In this document: piece after piece, positions 43,502 through 52,151 of the stretch
How the letters are laid out: each line of letters begins with the position of its first letter
Numbering within the stretch: position 1 is the first letter of the stretch
Assembly (NCBI GenBank): GCA_036556925.1
Contig: DATBIN010000043.1
Span: 7,050-71,049, forward strand
Reading direction: 5' to 3'
Source of the DNA: Gaiella sp.
GTDB taxonomy: Bacteria > Actinomycetota > Thermoleophilia > Gaiellales > Gaiellaceae
DNA: 64,000 nt
The notes under the pieces: generated by a model
Told to the model about the DNA's origin: nothing
What the model saw: the letters and a program-made list of their open reading frames with translations, nothing else
Database searches by the model: none
Made by a program: the position numbers and the translations under genes

Positions 43502-44755
43502 ATGCCGCTCTCCGTCACGTTCGGCGCGCTGGCGGAGCGTCGCTTCCGCCTCCTCTTCGGCGCGCGTACCGTCTCCACGCTCGGCAGCTCGATGGCGGAG
43601 ATCGCCCTCGCGTTCGCGGTGCTCGACCTCGGGAGCCCGCGCGACCTCGGCTTCGTGATCCTCGCACGCGAGATCCCGATCGTCGTCCTGCTGCTCCTCG
43701 GTGGCGTGTGGGGCGACCGTCTGCCCCGCCATCTCGTGCTCGTCGGCTCCGACACCGTGCGGGGCGCGGCGCAGGGTCTCTGCGCGGTGCTGCTCCTCAC
43801 CGGGAACGCGACCGTCCTGTGGATCGCGTTGCTCCAGGTTGTCTTCGGCGGCGCGTCGGCGTTCGGCCGGCCCGCGTTCCAGGGCCTCGTCCCGCAGACC
43901 GTTGCCGTCGAACGCCTGCAGCAGGCGAACGCGCTGCTCGGGCTCTCGCAGAGCACGGTGGCGATCGCCGGGCCGGCGCTCGGCGCGATCATCGTCGCCG
44001 CCGCCAATCCGGGCTGGGCGCTGGCCGCCGACGCGGTCACCTTCGGGGTGAGCGCGCTCCTCCTGCTGCGGATCAGCCTGCCGCGGACGTTGCGCATGAC
44101 CGCGGCGAGCGTGCTCTCCGACTTCCGTGACGGCTGGCGGGAGTTCGTCTCGCGCCGCTGGGTCGTGGTGATGGTGGTCGGCTTCGGCGTCTTCCAGCTG
44201 ACGTACTTCCCCGCCCTGCTCGTCCTCGGCCCCTACGTTGCGAAGACCGAGCTGGGCGGCGCCGGCGCGTGGGGGACGATCCTCGCCGTCGAGGCGCTCG
44301 GCTCGCTCGTCGGCGGCCTGTTCGCCCTCCGTCTCCGCGCCCGGCGCCCGCTGGTGGCGACGCTCGTGGTCGTCGTGCCCGCCGCCGTGCAGCTGATGTT
44401 GCTGGGCGTCGGTGCGCCGCTCTGGCTTCTGACCGGCGTCGCGTTCGTGAGCGGCGTGGGCTTCGCGTACGGAGGGGCGGTGTGGTTCGCCACGCTGCAG
44501 GAGAAGATTCCGGAGCACGCGATCTCGCGCATCAGCTCCTTCGACTGGTTCGGCTCGGTCGCGCTCAACCCCATCGGATACGCCCTCATCGGGCCGCTGT
44601 CCGAGGCGATCGGCGTCGGCGAGAGCCTGGTGCTCGCGGGCGTGGTCAACCTTGCATCGACCTTCGCGATGCTGGCGGTGCCGAGCGTGCGCGCGCTCGA
44701 GGCGGGGCCGGAGAGGCATGCCGCACCGGCTGTGGGCCCTGGGGCAAACCTCTGA
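43502..44755 (+). CDS. MFS transporter (DHA3/MefA-like)
   Basis: About 12 TM segments, GGVWGDRLPR motif A, LQQANAL. Confidence 0.9.
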   Translation: MPLSVTFGALAERRFRLLFGARTVSTLGSSMAEIALAFAVLDLGSPRDLGFVILAREIPIVVLLLLGGVWGDRLPRHLVLVGSDTVRGAAQGLCAVLLLTGNATVLWIALLQVVFGGASAFGRPAFQGLVPQTVAVERLQQANALLGLSQSTVAIAGPALGAIIVAAANPGWALAADAVTFGVSALLLLRISLPRTLRMTAASVLSDFRDGWREFVSRRWVVVMVVGFGVFQLTYFPALLVLGPYVAKTELGGAGAWGTILAVEALGSLVGGLFALRLRARRPLVATLVVVVPAAVQLMLLGVGAPLWLLTGVAFVSGVGFAYGGAVWFATLQEKIPEHAISRISSFDWFGSVALNPIGYALIGPLSEAIGVGESLVLAGVVNLASTFAMLAVPSVRALEAGPERHAAPAVGPGANL

Positions 44756-44805
44756 AGCCCAAGCCGTCCGCTGCGCGGCCGGGCGCCACGGCTTTCGCAT
44801 CAGCT
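44732..44805 (-). repeat. Dispersed repeat, diverged copy 3 (overlaps stop codons of both flanking genes)
   Basis: Reverse complement gctgatgcgaaagccgtggcgcccggccgcgcagcggacggcttgggcttcagaggtttgc... Confidence 0.7.
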
Positions 44806-45321
44806 CGAGCGGGCCGAGCGTAGGAACGCCGCCACCGCGTCTCGTGAGCGCAGCCGGACGACGTTGTAGGGGGCGAGCGCCCGTGGGTACTCGCGCCGCC
44901 GGCGGAAATGGCTGCGCACGGCATAGGGAAGGAGCGCGTCGCGGCCCAGGAGGGCGCCACGAAGCGACTCGCGGTTGCCGTTCCAGAGCTCCTCTCCCGT
45001 GACGATGCGGCGGACGGTGCGACGAACGAGGCGCGGCAGCCAGACGCGGATGGGAAGATCGAGCCAGACGACGGTGTCGGCGGCATCGAGGACGAGCGTC
45101 CCGAGCTTGCCGCGGTAGACGCCGTCGATCACCCAGCCGTCGCCCGCCACGATGGGCTCGATCCGCGCCCGTAGCTCCTCCGCCGTCGCCTCCTGCCACC
45201 CGGCGCCGTGATTGAGGGCATCCAGCTCGACGTACGGCACCCCGAGCCTCTCCGCGAGGGCGCGTGCGAGCGTCGTCTTGCCATTGCCGCTCGCCGAGGC
45301 CTGCACGGCGACGCGTCTCAC
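44800..45321 (-). CDS. Adenylate kinase-like P-loop protein (FlaR/topology modulation type)
   Basis: ASGNGKTTLA, ELDAL, WVIDG.Y, ADTVVWLD, LWNGNRES. Confidence 0.85.
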   Translation of the reverse strand: MRRVAVQASASGNGKTTLARALAERLGVPYVELDALNHGAGWQEATAEELRARIEPIVAGDGWVIDGVYRGKLGTLVLDAADTVVWLDLPIRVWLPRLVRRTVRRIVTGEELWNGNRESLRGALLGRDALLPYAVRSHFRRRREYPRALAPYNVVRLRSRDAVAAFLRSARSS

Positions 45322-45458
45322 GGCTTCACCGCCGGACGCCGGCGTAGAACATCGGGCACGAGCCGGTCGTGCGCGTCGACGCCGCCGGCGCGCGCAGCGC
45401 CTCCACGCAGCCCCGGTTCACAGGCACGGAGTGTGGCACCCGCAGGTACGTTTCGCGC

Positions 45459-48056
45459 GTGCGGTACGTCTACGACTTCGCGGAGGCGTCCGACCTGGGC
45501 CGGGAGCTCCTCGGCGGCAAGGGCGTCGGGCTCGCGGAGATGACGGCGCTCGGGGTCGCGGTGCCGGCTGGCTTCACGATCACGACGGACGCCTGCCGCG
45601 CGTACATGGCGAACGGCAAGCAGGTCCCGGAGGGCCTGGACGACGAGGTCGCCACCCACATCGCGCGTCTGGAGGAGCAGGCCGGCAAGCAGTTCGGGGA
45701 CCCTCGCGAGCCGCTGCTCGTCTCGGTGCGCTCGGGCGCCGCGATCTCGATGCCCGGCATGATGGACACGATCCTCAACCTCGGGCTCAACGACGTGGCG
45801 GTGCAGGGCCTCGCCTCGTCGACGGGCAACGCGCGCTTCGCGTACGACTCGTACCGGCGGCTCGTGCAGATGTACGGCGAGGTGGTGGACGGGGTGGACG
45901 GGCACGCCTTCGAGAGCGCGCTCACCTCCCTCAAGGCCGCACGCCGCGTCACGCAGGACGTCGAGCTGACCGCCGACGACCTCGCCGAGCTGCTCGAGAC
46001 GTTCAAGGGCATCTACGAGCAGGCCATCGGCTCGACGTTCCCTCAGGACGCGGGCGAGCAGCTCCGGCGCGCGTACAGGGCCGTGTTCGACTCGTGGGAC
46101 GCGCCGCGGGCCCAGGTCTACCGCCGCACCTACGACATCCCGGACGACATGGGCACCGCGGTCAACGTGGTGCAGATGGTGTTCGGCAACCGCGGCGATC
46201 GGTCGGCGACGGGCGTCTGCTTCACGCGCGACCCGTCGACCGGCGAGGCCAGCCTGTACGGCGAGTTCCTGCTCAACGCCCAGGGCGAGGACGTGGTGGC
46301 GGGGATCCGGACGCCCGAGCCGATCGAGCGCATGCGCGAGCTCCTGCCGGAGGCCTACGAGCAGCTCGCCGACGCGATGCAGCGCCTGGAGCAGCACTAC
46401 CGCGACGTGCAGGACATCGAGTTCACGCTCGAGGAGGGCACCCTCTACCTGCTGCAGACGCGCACCGCGAAGCGCACCGCGCGTGCGGCGCTCCGGGTCG
46501 CCGCCGAGATGGTGGAGGAAGGCCTCGTCTCGACGGAGGAGGCCGTCGCGCGCATCGACCCGGCGCAGCTCGACCAGCTCCTGCACCCGATGATCGACCC
46601 GCGGGCGAAGCCCGAGATCGCAGCGCGAGGGCTCAACGCGTCCCCCGGCGCGGCCTCGGGTGCGATCGTGCTCGACGCGGACACGGCCGAGGCCCGCGGC
46701 AAGGCGGGCGAGGACGTCATCCTCGTGCGCTGGGAGACGACGCCGGACGACATCCACGGCCTCATCCACGCGCGCGGCGTGCTCACCGCGCACGGCGGCA
46801 TGACCTCGCACGCGGCCGTCGTGGCGCGCGGCATGGGCAAGCCCTGCGTGGCGGGCTGCGAGTCGCTCTCGATCGACGAGGCCGCGGGCATCGTGCGCAT
46901 CGGCAGCCACGAGGTGCGGGTCGGCGACGTGATCACGATCGACGGCGGCGCCGGCACGGTCGTGCTCGGCCCGGTCGACCTCGTCCCCCCGGCCATCGAC
47001 GAGAACTTCGGCACGATCCTCGGCTGGGCGGACGAGATACGGAGACTGCGGGTGCGTGCGAATGCCGACACGCCCGAGGACGCGGTCAAGGCGCGGGAGT
47101 TCGGCGCCGAGGGCATCGGCCTCTGCCGCACGGAGCACATGTTCATGGCGGAGGACCGGCTGCCGCTCGTGCGCGACATGATCCTGGCGCACTCCGAGGA
47201 GGCGCGCCGTGCGGCGCTCGACCGCCTGCTCCCCATGCAGCAGAGCGACTTCGAGGGGATCTTCGAGGCCATGGCGGGGCACTCGGTCACCATCCGCCTC
47301 CTCGACCCGCCGTTGCACGAGTTCCTGCCGTCGGTGGAGGAGGCTCCCACGGAGGAGATTCGTCGCCGCGTGGAGCAGCTGCGCGAGCAGAACCCGATGC
47401 TGGGCACGCGCGGCTGCCGGCTCGGCCTCCAGTACCCGGAGATCTACGAGATGCAGGTACGCGCCATCGTCCGTGCCGCGCGGGCGGTCGCGGAACGCAC
47501 GGGCGAGGCGCCGCTCGTCGAGATCATGCACCCGCTCGTCGGCTTCGCGGAGGAGCTGCGCCGCCTGCGCGAGCTCACCGAGCGCGTCGCGGCCGAGGAG
47601 CCGTCCGTCGCGTACCTGTGCGGCACCATGATCGAGCTGCCACGCGCGTGCGTCCGCGCGGACGAGGTCGCCGAGCTGGCGGACTTCTGCTCCTTCGGGA
47701 CGAACGACCTGACGCAGACCGCCCTCGGCTTCTCGCGTGACGACGCGGAGGGGAAGTTCCTCACCCACTACCTCGAGGTGGGCGTGCTCGAGCGCAATCC
47801 GTTCGAGGTGCTCGACCAGGAGGGCGTGGGCGAGCTGATGCGCATCGCCGTCGAGCGTGGACGCGGTGTCAAGCCGGACCTCAAGCTCGGCATCTGCGGC
47901 GAGCACGGCGGTGAGCCTCGGTCGGTGGCCTTCTGCCACGGCCTGGGGCTCGACTACGTGTCCTGCTCGCCCTTCCGCGTGCCGCTGGCACGCCTCGCCG
48001 CGGCGCAGGCGGCGCTCGCCGACCGGGGCGTCGTCGCGGTCGCGGTCGGCGGCTGA
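45459..48056 (+). CDS. ppdK: Pyruvate, phosphate dikinase
   Basis: LLGGKG, LLVSVRSGA..SMPGMMDT, GGMTSHAAVVARG, GIGLCRTEHMF, NPMLG.RGCR, SFGTNDLTQ, GICGEHGG. Confidence 0.98.
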   Translation: MRYVYDFAEASDLGRELLGGKGVGLAEMTALGVAVPAGFTITTDACRAYMANGKQVPEGLDDEVATHIARLEEQAGKQFGDPREPLLVSVRSGAAISMPGMMDTILNLGLNDVAVQGLASSTGNARFAYDSYRRLVQMYGEVVDGVDGHAFESALTSLKAARRVTQDVELTADDLAELLETFKGIYEQAIGSTFPQDAGEQLRRAYRAVFDSWDAPRAQVYRRTYDIPDDMGTAVNVVQMVFGNRGDRSATGVCFTRDPSTGEASLYGEFLLNAQGEDVVAGIRTPEPIERMRELLPEAYEQLADAMQRLEQHYRDVQDIEFTLEEGTLYLLQTRTAKRTARAALRVAAEMVEEGLVSTEEAVARIDPAQLDQLLHPMIDPRAKPEIAARGLNASPGAASGAIVLDADTAEARGKAGEDVILVRWETTPDDIHGLIHARGVLTAHGGMTSHAAVVARGMGKPCVAGCESLSIDEAAGIVRIGSHEVRVGDVITIDGGAGTVVLGPVDLVPPAIDENFGTILGWADEIRRLRVRANADTPEDAVKAREFGAEGIGLCRTEHMFMAEDRLPLVRDMILAHSEEARRAALDRLLPMQQSDFEGIFEAMAGHSVTIRLLDPPLHEFLPSVEEAPTEEIRRRVEQLREQNPMLGTRGCRLGLQYPEIYEMQVRAIVRAARAVAERTGEAPLVEIMHPLVGFAEELRRLRELTERVAAEEPSVAYLCGTMIELPRACVRADEVAELADFCSFGTNDLTQTALGFSRDDAEGKFLTHYLEVGVLERNPFEVLDQEGVGELMRIAVERGRGVKPDLKLGICGEHGGEPRSVAFCHGLGLDYVSCSPFRVPLARLAAAQAALADRGVVAVAVGG

Positions 48057-48066
48057 CCCGCGCCGG

Positions 48067-48104
48067 CGCGGCGGGCGGGACCCGCGAGGGGTCCGCCCGC
48101 CGCG
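48067..48104. terminator. GC-rich hairpin between convergent ppdK and small ORF
   Basis: cgcggcgggcgg ... ccgcccgccgcg 12-bp arms; no U-tract. Confidence 0.5.
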
Positions 48105-48162
48105 ACGCGGCCGTCAGGCGTCGGGCGTTGCGCCCGCGCCGCGGCTCTCCGCCGAGCCTCCG

Positions 48163-48354
48163 TCAGCTGAGGCCCGGGACGAAGAGCGACAGCACCAGGC
48201 CGCAGAGCACCGCGGCCACGGCCAGATCGGCCCACGCCTCGCGCTCTGCGTCGTCGTCGGGATGGTTGCCTTCGACGTCGTTCTCGACCAGGCGCAGGCG
48301 ATGGACATCGTGCTCCGGGTCGTCTCGTGTCAATTGTCGTGCCGGCGTCGCCAT
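48163..48354 (-). CDS. Small protein (63 aa) with acidic N-terminus and C-terminal TM helix
   Basis: Strong RBS AAAGGAGGAGAC before ATG; MATPARQLT...LAVAAVLCGLVLSLFVPGLS. Confidence 0.7.
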   Translation of the reverse strand: MATPARQLTRDDPEHDVHRLRLVENDVEGNHPDDDAEREAWADLAVAAVLCGLVLSLFVPGLS

Positions 48355-48394
48355 GTCTCCTCCTTTCGGATTCGTATGGTCGAGCCCCAGTGGG

Positions 48395-48485
48395 GTCGCC
48401 CGGCTCCCCGGTACGCGCGCGTCGCCACGCCCGGGGAGCCGAAGCAGGGGGGAGGCTCCACGTGTGGTCACCGAACCAGGGCGAC
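48395..48485 (-). ncRNA. Candidate structured RNA with C-rich loop (sRNA or 5' leader)
   Basis: Minus strand: GGAGC-CTCCCCCCT-GCTTC stem-loop followed by an 11-bp perfect hairpin (48401-48441). Confidence 0.35.
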
Positions 48486-48549
48486 ACCGACAGTGTCGAC
48501 GACGGAGATGAAGCGGAGATGAGGACCGCCCCGGCGGCCCTGCGCAGGG

Positions 48550-49395
48550 CTAGAAGACGTAGTTCTCGACGCGGACGTACGCGACGACGACGCTCGCGAC
48601 GCCGATGGCGACGACGAGCGCGGGGCCGATGGCGGCCGGTCGCACGTACCGCGTGCGGGCGAGCACGTACGTGGCGGCGATGCCGCCGACGAGGCCGCCG
48701 AGGTGGCCGCCGATGGAGATGTTCGGGATCGCGAACGTGAGGGCGAGGTTGAGGATGATGAGCGTCATCGCCTGGCCGGCGAGCGACCCGGTGGTCATGT
48801 ACTCGAGGATGAGGAGGGCCCCCATGATCCCGAAGATCGCGCCGGAGGCGCCGACGGTGACGTCGAAGGCGGAGCTCATAAGGAGCGCGCCTGCCGATCC
48901 CGCGAGGCCCGCCGCGAAGTAGATGAGCAGGAAACGCACGGTCCCGATCGCCTGCTCCACGACGGAGCCCAGCCAGTAGAGCGCGAGCATGTTGAACGCG
49001 AGATGGATGACGCTCGCGTGCAGGAACATCGCGCTGACGAGCCGCCACCACTCGCCGTCGGCGACGAGCAGCCCCACGAGCGCCCCCCGCTGGAACAGCT
49101 CTCCGCCAGGCTGCGAGAGCCCCGCCCCCTGGAAGACGGTGATCAGGTAGACGAGCACGTTGATGCCGACGAGCACGGTGGTCGCGGGTGCCTCGAGCGA
49201 GCCGGCGCGACGGCGCGCCTCGCGCACCTGCCGCGTCGCCCCGCCGCGCGGAGCGCCGACGGAGGCGTGGTCGGGGCAGCGGATGCCCACCGGAGCGAAG
49301 GTCATGCACTCCTCGCAGATGGGCCGGCCGCACTCCGAGCACGAGACGAGGGTCTCGCGGTTGGGGTGCCGGTAGCAGCGGGGAGTCTCGTCCAT
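48550..49395 (-). CDS. Rhomboid intramembrane serine protease with N-terminal B-box-like zinc finger
   Basis: CYRHP...CSECGRPIC..C; GEWWRL, FLH...HL.FNM, GASG, GHLGG. Confidence 0.94.
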   Translation of the reverse strand: MDETPRCYRHPNRETLVSCSECGRPICEECMTFAPVGIRCPDHASVGAPRGGATRQVREARRRAGSLEAPATTVLVGINVLVYLITVFQGAGLSQPGGELFQRGALVGLLVADGEWWRLVSAMFLHASVIHLAFNMLALYWLGSVVEQAIGTVRFLLIYFAAGLAGSAGALLMSSAFDVTVGASGAIFGIMGALLILEYMTTGSLAGQAMTLIILNLALTFAIPNISIGGHLGGLVGGIAATYVLARTRYVRPAAIGPALVVAIGVASVVVAYVRVENYVF

Positions 49396-49402
49396 CGGCG
49401 GC

Positions 49403-49409
49403 TAGCGTA
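49403..49409. promoter_or_regulatory. Overlapping divergent -10 hexamers (bidirectional leaderless promoter)
   Basis: TAGCGT (+) is 6 nt before the comB ATG; TACGCT (-) is 8 nt before the rhomboid ATG; intergenic gap only 19 bp. Confidence 0.6.
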
Positions 49410-49414
49410 CCCGG

Positions 49415-50113
49415 ATGCGCGTTCACGTCGCGTTCACGCCCGCCGAGGCCGCAGCCGCGCCCGTCGGCGTCGTGGTGGACGTGATCCGCGCCACCTCGAC
49501 GATCTGTCAGGCGCTCGACGCGGGCTACGAGAGCGTCTACTGCGCGGCCGAGATCGACGACGCGAGACGGCTCCGCGAGGAGCTCGACGGCGTCACGCTC
49601 GGGGGTGAGCGGCTCGGCGTCCGGATCGACGGCTTCGACCTCGGCAACTCGCCCCGGGAGTATCTCGAGCGCCGCACGCCGGTGCTCTCGATGTCGACGA
49701 CGAACGGCACGCGCGCGATCGTGACGGCGGCGGAGCGCTGCGACCGTGTGCTCGTCGGCTCGCTGCTGAACCTCGGCGCGGTCGTCGTGGAGGCCTCGTC
49801 GCACGGCGAGGACGTCGCGATCTACTGCGCGGGCGTGAAGGGCGACCCGTGCCTCGACGACACCTACGTCGCCGGGCGGATCGCCGAGGCCCTCGGCTAC
49901 GAGCGGACCGACGCGGCCGAGATGGCGGTGCGGCTCGTGCACTCCTACGCGGGAGCGGAGGAGGCCTTCCGGCAGTCCCGCTCGGGGCGCAACCTGATCA
50001 ACCACGGACCGGAGCTCGAGGCCGACATCCCCTGGTGCGCGCGCGAGAGCGTGCTCGACGTCGTGCCTCGCTTCGTCGCCATGCGCGGCGTCGCGGCCGA
50101 GATCGCATCGTGA
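49415..50113 (+). CDS. comB: 2-phosphosulfolactate phosphatase family protein
   Basis: VVDVIRATST, GGER.G..IDGFDLGNSP.E, STTNGT, CAG, DD. Confidence 0.9.
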   Translation: MRVHVAFTPAEAAAAPVGVVVDVIRATSTICQALDAGYESVYCAAEIDDARRLREELDGVTLGGERLGVRIDGFDLGNSPREYLERRTPVLSMSTTNGTRAIVTAAERCDRVLVGSLLNLGAVVVEASSHGEDVAIYCAGVKGDPCLDDTYVAGRIAEALGYERTDAAEMAVRLVHSYAGAEEAFRQSRSGRNLINHGPELEADIPWCARESVLDVVPRFVAMRGVAAEIAS

Positions 50114-50856
50114 TCGTCAACCGCGACGAGCGCCGAGGGCGCGCGACGTCCTTCGCGCTGGTCGCGGACGCGTACGAGCGGGCCCGGCCCGGATACCCGG
50201 ACGAGGCGGTGCGCTGGCTGGCGGGGCCGACGCCCTGCGACGTGGTCGACCTCGGTGCCGGCACCGGCAAGCTGACCCGCTCTCTCGTGGCGCTCGAGCA
50301 CCGGGTGACGGCGGTCGAGCCGCTCCAGGAGATGCTCGACCGCCTCCGCCGCACGGTGCCGGACGCGGTCGCGCTCGCCGGCGGGGCGGAGGCGATCCCC
50401 CTCGGCGACGCGAGCGCGGACGTCGTCGTCTGCGCCCAGGCGTTCCACTGGTTCGACCACGCCGTCGCCCTGCCGGAGATCGCGCGGGTCCTGCGGCCTG
50501 GCGGCCGGCTGGCGCTCGTCTGGAACACCCGCGACGACCGCGAGCCGTGGGTGGCGACGTTGAGCGAGGCCGTCATCGGCCGCGAGACGGTCGAGGACCG
50601 CGACGCGGCCGCGCCGCTCGCGTCGAGCGAGCTGTTCGAGCCGGTCGAGCGCGCGACGTTCTCCCTCGTCCAGCGCCTCGACCGCGACACGCTGCTCGAC
50701 CTCGTGCTCTCGCGCAGCTACTGCGCCGTGCAGACGGAGGCGGAGCGGGCACCGGTGCTCGCCCGGGCGGGTCGCGTCTTCGACGAGCACGCACGCGACG
50801 GCGTCATCGAGCTCCCGTACCTGACCGAGTGCTTTCGCGCCCGGCGACGGGGCTGA
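50110..50856 (+). CDS. Class I SAM-dependent methyltransferase
   Basis: YERARPGYP, VDLGAGTGKLT, AQAFHWFD, RVLRPGG..ALVWN. Confidence 0.92.
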   Translation: MIVNRDERRGRATSFALVADAYERARPGYPDEAVRWLAGPTPCDVVDLGAGTGKLTRSLVALEHRVTAVEPLQEMLDRLRRTVPDAVALAGGAEAIPLGDASADVVVCAQAFHWFDHAVALPEIARVLRPGGRLALVWNTRDDREPWVATLSEAVIGRETVEDRDAAAPLASSELFEPVERATFSLVQRLDRDTLLDLVLSRSYCAVQTEAERAPVLARAGRVFDEHARDGVIELPYLTECFRARRRG

Positions 50857-50906
50857 CGGGGCCGGACGTCGGCGCTACCGTACGGGTGCCGTCCACGGAG
50901 GACCGA

Positions 50907-51695
50907 ATGGGCCAACTGGTCTTCGACGAGAGCCTGCTACCGCGACTGGAGGCGCTCTACCGCACGCGCGACGTGCTCCGGCGGCGGCGGCTCGTCCGCG
51001 AGGCGGTCTCGGCCTCGTCCGGCGAGCGGGTGCTCGACGCGGGCTGCGGGCCGGGGTTCTACGTCGCCGAGCTCCTCGAGGAGGTCGGCCCGGAGGGAGC
51101 GGTGACCGGTGTGGACGGGAGCGCGCAGATGCTCCAGGCGGCGGCGCGCCGCTGCGAGGGGCACGCCAACGTCGCCTTCCACGAGGCGGACGTGACGAGC
51201 CTGCCGGTCGACGACGCGAGCTTCGACGCGGCGCTCTCCGTGCAGGTCCTCGAGTACGTCTCCGACGTGGCGTCGGCGCTCGCCGAGATGCACCGCGCCG
51301 TCAAGCCCGGCGGCCGGGTCGTCGTCTGGGACGTCGACTGGGCCACCGTGTCCGTGCACTCGTCCGACCCCGACCGTACCGCGCGCGTGCTCCGAGCCTG
51401 GGATGCGCACCTCGCCCATCCGTCGCTGCCGCAGACCCTGGCCGCGCGCCTGCGTGCGGCGGGGTTCGACGACGTGGCCGTGGAGGGCCACGCGTTCGCG
51501 ACCTCGGCGTTCGTCTCCGATGCCTACGGCGCCTCCATCGTCCCTTTGATCGAGCAGTTCGTCGCCGGACGCGAGGGCATCACCGAGGACGAGGCGAAGG
51601 CATGGGGCGACGAGCAGCGCGAGCTCGGAGAACGGGGCGAGTTCTTCTTCGCCTGCACCCAGTTCTGCTTCACGGCCACCCGCACGCGGGAGTAG
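50907..51695 (+). CDS. Class I SAM-dependent methyltransferase (UbiE-like)
   Basis: VLDAGCGPG, ADVTSLP, QVLEY, KPGGR; RBS GGAGG. Confidence 0.9.
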   Translation: MGQLVFDESLLPRLEALYRTRDVLRRRRLVREAVSASSGERVLDAGCGPGFYVAELLEEVGPEGAVTGVDGSAQMLQAAARRCEGHANVAFHEADVTSLPVDDASFDAALSVQVLEYVSDVASALAEMHRAVKPGGRVVVWDVDWATVSVHSSDPDRTARVLRAWDAHLAHPSLPQTLAARLRAAGFDDVAVEGHAFATSAFVSDAYGASIVPLIEQFVAGREGITEDEAKAWGDEQRELGERGEFFFACTQFCFTATRTRE

Positions 51696-51753
51696 CCGTC
51701 ACGCCCACGCGGGCGGACGGTCATGCTCGCCGCTCCTCGCAGCGCGTCGGCGA

Positions 51754-52017
51754 TCAGACGCCGAGCGCCCGCTTGGCCTCCTCCTCCATCTGCTCGAGCC
51801 GCGTGTAGTAGTCGGGGAACTCGTTCAGGTGCGCGAGGGCGATCTTGCCCGTGAGGACGGGATCGTCGCCGGTGACGTTCGTCAGCGGGTCGTGGCTCCC
51901 GTGCTCGAGCTCGACGTCCATCCCGGCACGGAACTGCTCGACGTCGAATGGCGCCGACTCCCAGTCGATCCCGATCGCCGTCCCCACCTCGCGTGCCTGC
52001 TCGGTCGTGAACCGCAT
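51754..52017 (-). CDS. DUF5661 family protein
   Basis: FDVEQFRAGMDVELEHG, TGKIALAHLNEFPDYYTRL; RBS AAGGAG. Confidence 0.85.
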   Translation of the reverse strand: MRFTTEQAREVGTAIGIDWESAPFDVEQFRAGMDVELEHGSHDPLTNVTGDDPVLTGKIALAHLNEFPDYYTRLEQMEEEAKRALGV

Positions 52018-52071
52018 CGCTCGCTCCTTCCGTGGTCGGAGACATCGTCGCGGGGGCGGGGCCTGGGGCGC

Positions 52072-52089
52072 ATCGGGGTCGACCCCGAT
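52072..52089. repeat. Perfect 18-bp palindrome ATCGGGGTCGACCCCGAT
   Basis: Read directly; lies between the divergent DUF5661 and imuB genes. Confidence 0.6.
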
Positions 52090-52111
52090 CGGGCAGCCGT
52101 GACTCCCCCGC

Positions 52112-52149
52112 TTGACAGGAGAACGTGTGTTCGTATAGAACATCTGTTC
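52112..52149 (+). promoter_or_regulatory. imuB promoter with TTGACA -35 and two LexA (SOS) boxes
   Basis: TTGACA 52112-52117; GAACgtgtGTTC 52121-52132; GAACatctGTTC 52138-52149; matches Gram-positive LexA consensus GAAC-N4-GTTC. Confidence 0.92.
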
Positions 52150-52151
52150 CC

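Noticed and set aside
49415-50113. Coenzyme M biosynthesis
   Set aside because: No comA/comC/comDE in the window; stand-alone ComB homologs are widespread
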